Positions 25,206 to 33,390 of a stretch of DNA of 64,000 bases are shown here, piece after piece. The notes below the pieces were generated by a model that did no database searches, had not been told where the DNA came from, and saw only the letters and a list, made by a program, of their open reading frames with translations. Each line of letters opens with the position of its first letter. Position 1 is the first letter of the stretch. The DNA lies in contig CM060732.1 of NCBI GenBank assembly GCA_030704615.1, forward strand, positions 45,384,001-45,448,000. Direction: 5' to 3'. A program made the translations under genes and the position numbers. Source of the DNA: Takakia lepidozioides (Eukaryota > Plantae > Bryophyta).

Positions 25206-27492
25206 GTCTGCTCTTCTTTTTTCCTTTCTTCCTCACTCCCTTCTTTTTCTCCATCCGAATCAGAGGAATCTGCCACAGGAATATCAGTACTCTTTTGCAT
25301 TTCCCTTATAGTATCTGCCACTTCCTTGTGCAGTTCCTTCTCATCTTTCCAAGTCTCTTCATCTTCAGGCATATCATGCCACTTCCAGTCTCATCTTCTT
25401 CCTCTTCTACTGGAGGTATTAGTTTGGCTTTACTTCTTGTTACTATCATTGTACTTACTTCTGGTACAACACATGGCCTAACCATGTGAGCTGCCACCAC
25501 TGGGCCCTCATTCACAGGAGCTCTCATCTCATTCTGGTGTCTTATCCAGAATGAACAGGCTGCCTTGCGATGTCCTGGCTGATTACAATAGTAACATAGC
25601 TCTTCACCATTGGGTCCTCGCCCTTGGTCTGTTCTTGGATTATTTCTACAATCCTGATTCCCGGGCTGGTAATTCCCCCTTGGGTTACCCTGATAGTTGC
25701 CTCTGGAATTTCCTTGGTAATTCCCTCTTGAATTACCTCTCCCTTCCATGCCATTGTTATAACCACCAGACCTACCATAGTGGTCCTGATCATTGTTTCT
25801 TCTTGGCTGGGGCTGCACCTGATGCACCCTTACTTGCCTAGGTTCTCTTGCAGCTGTCCTTCTGTTGTAGTAACAATTCTCAGTAGAATGGTTATCCATT
25901 TTACAGATAGTACAGTGTTTCTCCTTCATGTGGCATTCTGTGGTGGTATGGCCTTCATTCTGGCACTTTGCACACCATACACCCTTCCTCCAATGTGTTG
26001 CAGCCTCTGTGGCATACTTCTTCAAGATTTCTTCCAATTTTTTTTCATAGTTATCCCTCTTCAACTTCTCCTTTCTCTTACTCTTTCTTTTTAGTTCTTG
26101 CTCTTCTTCTTCATCTGACTCATCCTCAGAGTCCTCATCTTCTTTTTTCTCTCTCCTGAGCTTTCCCAATTGCTCAATTCTGTTCGTTGTTTCAAATGCC
26201 TCATCCACTGTATTATGGGGTAACATATCCACTTTCTTTTGCAACTCTGGTCTTAGTCCACTCACAAACCAAGTCTTATGTAAACCGGGCGCTGGTACTG
26301 CAGCCAGCTTTTTCATCATCAATTCCATCTTCTCCATATACTCTTCAACAGTTTCATGCTTCTTCTGCTTCAGCTGTTGTAAACTTCCATACACTTCATC
26401 CTCAGTTTTACTTGTCCTGAACCTATTTCGAAATGCTGTATTCAAGCCATTCCAGGTTAGGAAATGATTATCAGGGAATCTTGCATACCATTCACTTGCT
26501 TTCTTGATAAGTGAACAAGGAAACAGTCTCATCTTGGCATCATCGCCATTCTCATTGTTCACTATAGACATGTGCTCAAATTGGCTAATGTGTACATCAG
26601 GATCCCCTTTTCCTGAATATATTGGAAAGGGTGGTTTTTTTCCGTGTTGGTTGTAACGCCATCTGTGGCCCTACCTTCTGCCCACTGACAGGTGCTGGCA
26701 CCCTTGCTGGTGCTGGTCCTTCTGGACCTGTTGTTTTTGTGGTGGATCTTCCACCAAGTGGTGGCCCTTGAGCACTCCTTGCTTCTGGCCCCACGATATT
26801 CACAGTATTCCCAGCTTCAGTTGCACTACTTCCCACACTCCCTGTCCCCCAGAGCCAGATCCAGGCAGCCCGCCTGATCCCCCTGAGCCGACACCTTTGT
26901 TGGCCTGTGATCCAAGTGCTCCACTTGATCCAGGTCCAACGGGTTGGGATGTCCTGGTTGTAGTCTCAACCTCAGCTGTTGGGTCTACTTCTTCATATTC
27001 TTCCTCTTCCAATTTCTTCTCTCTGTTTTCATCCTCCAAGTTCTGCCCTTGGGTTTCTTCTTCACTCATGTAACTCAACTGTAATGGTGTTGGAGAGTCT
27101 GAACTCTCCGTTGGCTCTGCCACATCCTCTTCTCCTTCTTCACCTTCTGCTTCAGAAACTGGAGTTCCTGCTTTTGGTGTTCCATGCCAACTCTTATCAA
27201 AGATTTCTGTCAAATCTTTTATCCAAGGATGTACCTCAGATCTTTCACCTCGTGATTGATCTTCTTTCTGTACCAATTCCCTTAATCTTTCTTGCAAAGA
27301 AACAGAAGGAGTGGCATCCAACTCTAGTTCTTCCGGTATAGGTGATGCACTCTTTGATCTTGATGGTGTGAGAGGTCCAGATGATTCCCCTATGTCTATT
27401 CCTCTCTCCCAAAGATATGGATAATTAGCTTTCAGATAGCTTTCTCTTTTTGCTGAATATCTCTGTCGTCTAGCTTCTCTTTCATCACTCAT
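25172..27492 (-). CDS. gag: Gag (acidic N-terminus, capsid, CCHC knuckles); frameshifted
   Basis: KMRLFPCSL..ASEWY..TWNGLNTAFRNRF..LKQKKHETVEEY; CAKCQNEGHTTTEC, CTICKMDNHSTENC, CYYCNQPGHRKAAC. Confidence 0.92.
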
Positions 27493-27512
27493 GTCCCATG
27501 TCTTTCATTTCT

Positions 27513-28208
27513 TTAATGTGGCAATAACCAAAACTCTCTTCTGTAATATCTCTCGTATATGCCTGGGTTTCTTTCAAGCTTCAATGCACCCTTGGCTATA
27601 CTTGAAGTCTCCGTTACCATATAACCATATGGCAAACAATTCTGAAAAGCTGTTCTTGGTGTGAGTTTGATCCACAAAATATCCTTTGGAATCCAATTCT
27701 TTACCAGTACAAGCTCTTCATGCATATGAGTATAAACATTCACCTTTCTTTCTTCCCAGCCTTCAAACTCTACTCGTTTAATGGATAGCAACGCTATCAC
27801 ATAAACCAATGTTGGTAACCAACGTGCTCTTCCTCTACAGGCTACCTGATAAATCTTTATCACTCCTTTCTCCAGACCCCATTCTGGATCAGCATCATGC
27901 ACTCGTTTAAGAATATTTTCTTTACAACCGTCTGGCAATTCCAAGAACCTTTGAAAGAATTGTTTGGACAATCTTTCGTCCTTCGTTCCACAGGGAATTT
28001 GATTTACTTCAAATTCTTTAATGGTCCAACCACCATGATCCCACCAGATGCCTGTCACATCTGGTTGTTCATGTCCCAGGTCCCCAGTATGGTCGCCAAA
28101 TGTCGTGCGGCTTTTACTCACCCATCCCTTCGCTATCCGAGGCGGAAACTCCAAGATAGAAGAGTTGGAAATCTCTAAGTACTCAGCCCGCGCAGAACAA
28201 TCAGTCAT
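27513..28208 (-). CDS. 5' accessory ORF upstream of gag, unknown function
   Basis: 231-aa uninterrupted ORF ending 20 bp before the gag ATG; the first ATG lies inside the 5' LTR. Confidence 0.5.
   Translation of the reverse strand: MTDCSARAEYLEISNSSILEFPPRIAKGWVSKSRTTFGDHTGDLGHEQPDVTGIWWDHGGWTIKEFEVNQIPCGTKDERLSKQFFQRFLELPDGCKENILKRVHDADPEWGLEKGVIKIYQVACRGRARWLPTLVYVIALLSIKRVEFEGWEERKVNVYTHMHEELVLVKNWIPKDILWIKLTPRTAFQNCLPYGYMVTETSSIAKGALKLERNPGIYERYYRREFWLLPH
28081..28098 (-). promoter_or_regulatory. Primer-binding site, tRNA-Arg-like
   Basis: Minus strand TGGCGACCATACTGGGGA, 2 nt from the LTR; resembles the complement of the plant tRNA-Arg(ACG) 3' end. tRNA identity is from recall. Confidence 0.8.
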
Positions 28209-29096
28209 GACCTACAGCTAGTGTATCATGGGGGTGTTTCCTATTTGTTTCCCTTTCCGCATTCATCTTAGCTACCTTACCATTGATAATTAAGTATCAG
28301 TTTGCTTCATCAATCTATCGGTTTCCTTCACTCATCCATTCAATCCACAGCTTCACTCAGATCTCTCTACACAGTGTGATTGTATCGTATAAGTATCAGA
28401 TTATGATTTATCAGGTATCAGGCCGAAGCCATTATGTCTCTAATCTGCTCTCCAATATCACTACAGCTTTGCATATAACAAGCATCTACTAATCCTCTTT
28501 TCTCCTTCTTCGTGCTCTCCATCTCTTGCTTCCGATCTCCGCTCCAGCCTGACTAAGAAGTCCTCCTCCGAATGATTTTCTCAATTCCCCGTTTTTCCCC
28601 CTTTATCTTCCTCTCCGCGGTTCTAACCGTTTCCCTCACTAACCGTGTCTGTGAACTAACATGTTCCCTTCGCAGGTGTTGTTCCCCACAGTCGTTCCCT
28701 GTCCTACTCTTCGTTCCCTATGATCGTGACCGCTGTGTCAAGCTGTGACTGGCTGTGTGAAACTGTGACGGGCTGTGACTGGCTGTGCGACTGTGTTTGG
28801 CTGTGTCGGGCTGTGACTGGCTGTGTCGGCTGTGTCGGGCTGTGATTGGTTGTGTGGGCTGTGACGACTGTGACGGGCTGTGTTGGCTGTGACGACTGTG
28901 ACGGGCTGTGTTGGCTGTGTCGGCTGTGACGACTGTGACGGGCTGTGTTGGCTGTGTCTGCTGTGACGACTGTGTAACCCCCCTCTACAGTGCGCTGCTG
29001 TCACCCCTAAGGCTCCTGTTGGTCTCATTCTGTGCAAAATTAAGGGTACCCTACAGATCCCGTATAAGTGTCTAAGTCCCCTACAGTCCTCTAACA
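28101..29096 (-). repeat. 5' LTR (996 bp)
   Basis: Direct repeat of 15761-16756; adjacent to the PBS. Confidence 0.97.
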
Positions 29097-29101
29097 CTCA
29101 C

Positions 29102-29400
29102 TTCAACGGAACCCCTGCGGTACTCACGGACTCGGAGCCCTGCCTTCATTCAGACAATTATGGAGACATGCACAGACGTGGAGGGCACAGTGCTCGACCT
29201 CATCTGTGGGACAGGTATGCAGAATCTTGATCTATGCTGTTCTGCAAATTCTCGTTAGGATGTAGTTCGCAACATCTGAAGCGCCATGTGGTAATGTGTG
29301 GATGGCATTGTAACAGGTGGGCTGGGCGGTTTTCCGACCGGCACCTCTTTGCCTACGAGGAGGATTCATCCGTGTGGGGATCCCATCTGGAGGGGCTGCA
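29102..29400 (+). CDS. Amino-methyltransferase-like domain, C-terminal part (motifs X, I, II)
   Basis: RSPAFIQTIMETCTDVEGTVLDLICGTG matches the KP..L...I...T..GD.VLDPF.GSG SAM-binding motif. After an intron comes RHLFAYEED (RxFIGxE-type motif). Confidence 0.75.
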
Positions 29401-30212
29401 ACGGAATGTGAAGGCTCCCGACAGAGTGGAAGTCTCCTCGGATTCGTCGGAGTCCGAGGAAGACACAGTGGACATTGATGCGGAGGAGAACCCGGAATAC
29501 GAGTGAGTGCAAACATTGTAAGTTTGCAAAGCCTTCTGGGTCATTTATGTCAAACGAATTTCCCGACTGTGGTTCTCATTAGTCTCGTTGATGATTGTCA
29601 TGTGCAGGATTGTAGGGTCCGGGTCGAAACATGTAGGGCCTACACTTCCTGCCAGGAAGAATGTCCCGTTCTTTGCGAGGGCCGACTTCATGACGAGCCT
29701 GGTGAGGGACTACTCCCTTCCTAGTTATGCAGCTAAACTCGCAAATACAGCGATTAGAAGAAGTGAGAATCCCAGTAAAGTAGAGCAGATTTTGGAGAGG
29801 GCTAGGGAGGACAGAAGGATAAGGAAAGAGTTGGCAGCAGCTCAGACAGGTAGACGGGTACGAAAATACATATGTGATTCAGCGGATGAGAGCGACGCAG
29901 ACAGGGAGGAAGACGACCCAACGGAGGTGAGATGGACAGTTCCGCAAGGGGAAGATGGGATTTTCGAAAGCCTGGCCAACGAGCAGTCCGCTGGAGATGA
30001 GAAAAGCACTGAGGGGGTGGAGGCGGAGCAGGACAGTCTAGAACAGGATGAGGATTCGGATGATTTTCAAGATTAATAGAATTTTAATGAAGTCTCTGTA
30101 AATGTAAATTCTCTTCCAGAGTATATAAAGGAAATTCTGCCAGACATTCGTGACCCCTCTCCAGTGTGCATTCCAGCCACACAATCGCTCAAACCACGAC
30201 ACTCCCAAAATC

Positions 30213-30900
30213 AGAAATGGGGCACCGCATTTCCAAAATTTTGGCAACTCTAAGAACCTCTTTTGGAAATGCGGCACCGCATTTCCAAAACAGGGGAGGG
30301 ACTAAATTTTCCATTTCAATGTTGGCATAGTAAAAAGTAATCTGAATTGGAAATGCGGTGCCGCATTTCCAAAATTTCCTTTGTCCACACGCCAGTTTTG
30401 GCCTCTCCCGCTCATTGCATGGATGCCACCACGCTTACAGAGGTCGAACAAGGAGGTCGAGATGGCGGAATTGAAAATGTGGTGCCGCATTTCAGTATTG
30501 GGGATGGTCGTTGTTCGAACTGCAGGCCCATCAGCAAAAATTGGCACCGCATTCCATTGTTAAAAAAAGTCGATGACGGACATGGAAATGCGGCGCCGCA
30601 TTTCCAGAACGGACATCGCAATTTGTCCATTTGCAGACCCTCTCTCGGAAATGCGGTAACGCATTCCATCGCGCTGGTCGGAAATGTCACACTTTTCGAA
30701 GTGTTGTACGGAAATGCGGCACCGCATTCCCTTGTCCAAAGAGAAGTTTCCATTGCCAAGCTGGAAATGCGTCGCCGCATTTGCAATGCCAACCTCGTTT
30801 TCTGACCAATTTATAGACCCGTGTTGGTATTTCGTGTACCTGGACGGAAATGATGCACCGCATTTTCTTGTCCCACATGGAAATGCGGGGCCGCATTTCG
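30213..30900. repeat. Second cluster of ~11 GGAAATGCGGYRCCGCATTTCC palindromes
   Basis: Centres near 30223, 30275, 30359, 30483, 30545, 30594, 30657, 30720, 30773, 30856, 30889. Confidence 0.9.
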
Positions 30901-31155
30901 ATGCCGACATGGCGTTACTCTGGTATATTCTTGACACATGACTCACATACCGGTTACTCTGCTATATTCATCCGGACAGACACATTGTATAAATGAGACA
31001 TCAAATTGTAAACAGTGGGCCAATTCCGACAGTTATTCAACAGAATGAAACACAATCATATAGAAGTGAGGTACGATGGGTTTATTGATCGGACACGATG
31101 TCTCACATTTACCAACTGCAGACAAAACTAAGCCCTTCCTCCTTCTACATGGGCT

Positions 31156-31857
31156 TCACCAAGTCGACGGAACTTCGATACCCCTCAAAACAAGCTCATC
31201 ACTGCTGCGGCACCTCGAGGTAAACTGCAATTCGGTCGTTCTGCTGCCCTTGCTGGAGCCGACGACAATGTCATGTCCATCAATGATACCACCATCATAC
31301 ATTGACAAGGTCACTGTGGGTCTCATGTGCCCGTGCGATTCGTCTTCGCAACTCAGCCGAATGTCTCCATACACTGGAAGAGCGGAGTGATCTGCACGTA
31401 TATAGTTTTCCCCGGTGCCGTCCTCCCTGGTCCACTGGCAGCAGTTCCAGCGCCAAAGCGAGGCCGTGCGTGATCTATCCGGCATCCCTTTCCAGCTTGG
31501 TATATCGAGGTCAACAATTTTCAGGACCCACGGACCGCATTGACCCTCGCCCTCACCTCACTCAAAGCGGTAATAGCCCTCCAGATACTCCATTGCGTGC
31601 AAAGACTCTTGCTTGATTCCAGCAGCGTCTGTGAAAACAGAGAGCCAGACAATGATGTCTCTTGATTCTGGTTTGAACATAGCATAATCGTGGCCACGAT
31701 AAGGGCAGTCGGCTGGATTTCGGCGGCACGACATCCTTGAAAAAGAGTAGCGGAGTACGCTCAATGACAGCAGCTCCCGGATGGAGGAGGAGCACCGCGG
31801 TGGCTGGAAAAAGTTCAAGCTAACGCTGCAATTCCTCACAAACACTCCAGGGCACAT
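31156..31857 (-). pseudogene. Unknown cargo gene, paralog of 32077-32847 (internal stop)
   Basis: Shared blocks DCP..G.DYAM, DI..W, EY..G.Y.FE, RWNCC.WT, YGDIR, DGG.I.G.DIVV, ELVLR..EVP. Confidence 0.75.
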
Positions 31858-32076
31858 TTAAATTTCCCCCTACAAGATCCTGGACCGATGAAGATTGGCT
31901 GCTGCATGAATGTAGTCGTTTCAGTTTCCTACCCTGCCATGCAAACTATGGGCAGTCACTGCCAGGTGGGCCGATAGCCACTGGACACGACGAAGTCCAT
32001 CCCCTCTTCGATGTAAATGCGGCGCCGAATTTCCATCCGGGGGGATGGACTTTAGTGGCAGATCTCAAACTATAAC

Positions 32077-32847
32077 TTGTTGATGAGAAAGATGTATGGG
32101 TTCATCCACCGCTGGCGTGATGAACACGTTCCACCTCCGTCGGTGGGTACGTGGGACCCAGATGCTCCATTATTTGAGGCCGGACTGCTCTTCCGCTTCG
32201 CATCATTTCCAAAATCTAAGGGCTTCGTAGCTGTCCGCAAGGTCATCGGCATCCAAGTCGTCCTCAGGTCCTCCTTTGCAAGGATGCCGTGCTTCCGGAA
32301 CCGGGACGACTGCCCATTTGGAGGCATCGATTATGCAATGTATTCGGCCACATCGGGAGACATTGTTATCTGGTACACAGATTACACAAAAGATACTGGT
32401 TCGATTGTGGAAACATTGGTGGCTTTTGAGTATATCGTAGGCCACTACGCCTTCGAGCGGGGTGACGATCTTGGTCTGAGGAGTCCGTGGCTCCTGCGCA
32501 TCCTCGATTCCGATTTTCCCAGCTACGACGGTCACCCATACAGAAGAAGGCGCACTGCTATGCTGTTGCGGTGGAACTGCTGCCACTGGACGTGGGTGGA
32601 CTCCATCGGAGAGACCTATTCTCCTCAAGGAGTGCGCTCCTCTTCTCCATTGTATGGGGACATTCGCATTGGTGTGGACGACGAAAACGTGAAGATTTCC
32701 ATATTCGATGGTGGTATGATTGAAGGGCAGGACATTGTGGTGAACATCACTAGGGGCGGTACAACGGCTGCAATCGACTTTACATGGAGGAGCCCCATGA
32801 CTCATGAGCTAGTTCTGAGAGCAGTCGAAGTCCCATTGACAACGTGA
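32077..32847 (+). CDS. Unknown ~250-aa cargo protein
   Basis: Intact ORF; protein-level similarity to the divergent paralog supports coding status. Likely ATG near 32083-32092. Confidence 0.75.
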   Translation: MLMRKMYGFIHRWRDEHVPPPSVGTWDPDAPLFEAGLLFRFASFPKSKGFVAVRKVIGIQVVLRSSFARMPCFRNRDDCPFGGIDYAMYSATSGDIVIWYTDYTKDTGSIVETLVAFEYIVGHYAFERGDDLGLRSPWLLRILDSDFPSYDGHPYRRRRTAMLLRWNCCHWTWVDSIGETYSPQGVRSSSPLYGDIRIGVDDENVKISIFDGGMIEGQDIVVNITRGGTTAAIDFTWRSPMTHELVLRAVEVPLTT

Positions 32848-33258
32848 CTTGTATTCAGTAGGCACAGGGCTCAAGATTTGATGGCACAATCAGCACAGTA
32901 GACGTGCTTCAAATGCAATTCATGTGGATCAATAAAAACCTCATTGTGCCCTCTTTTTATTCTATTTTGTGTCCATCGTTCCGAGAATGCGTCATTGCTC
33001 ATTTCGTTTGGGATTGGGAGTGTGGGTGGATTTTGCAAGTGGCTGGTAGGGTGAAATGGGCCCCGATTGTACAGAGCAGTACCACCCTACCATTCGCGAA
33101 ACATTGCCTTTCAATATATAATTCTAAATAACATTGCCGAACCTCCTTCATCGGGAGGTCCTTCTCCCCCTATGACCGTGGCACCCTAAACCCTATTCCC
33201 GCGGACACTCATTTCCGGAAAATAGTGCTGCTCATGTTTTTTTCCACACTTACGACTC

Positions 33259-33310
33259 TGCTCATGGCTCATGCCGCTCATGGCTCATGGCTCATGAAAT
33301 AGCAGCCCCC
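33259..33310 (-). repeat. Right TIR with GCTCATG subterminal repeats
   Basis: GCTCATG repeated 5 times, then AAATAGCAGCCCCC. Confidence 0.85.
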
Positions 33311-33390
33311 CCATGACAATATTTGATACCTCCTTGGTTTTGGTTAACTTGGAAGGCAATTAATTCCTTCAACATGGTACCTGCTTCAGA

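Larger units (their letters stand above)
15761..29096 (-). mobile_element. Structurally complete, recently inserted non-chromoviral Ty3/Gypsy LTR retrotransposon (A2; Athila/Tat-side lineage), 13336 bp
   Basis: TG...CA LTRs, 5-bp TSD CTCAC (15756-15760 and 29097-29101), PBS, PPT, order gag-PR-RT-RH-IN, extra 5' and 3' ORFs, no chromodomain seen. Confidence 0.97.
11550..30076 (+). pseudogene. Multi-exon gene: low-complexity N-terminus, ParB/Srx-like domain, linker, beta-class N4C/N6A DNA methyltransferase-like domain, acidic tail; split by the Gypsy at 15761-29101
   Basis: GT-AG introns at ~11721-11846, 13059-13170, 13361-13460, 14246-14390, 15511-15608 and from 29215. In-frame stops at 14675-14677 and 15227-15229. 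The frame reads through the TSD as LLPHSL|TSTEPLRY. Start codon uncertain. Confidence 0.75.
4838..33310. mobile_element. Large Mutator-like TIR DNA transposon (~15.1 kb without the nested Gypsy) with ParB-methyltransferase cargo
   Basis: Left end GAGGTTTACTATTTCATGAGC versus right-end reverse complement GGGGGCTGCTATTTCATGAGC, both followed by CATGAGC repeats. Flanks CCATGAAA (4830-4837) and CCATGACA (33311-33318) form an 8-bp TSD with 1 mismatch. The host Gypsy ORF is continuous across the insertion, and a MULE transposase lies inside. Confidence 0.85.
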
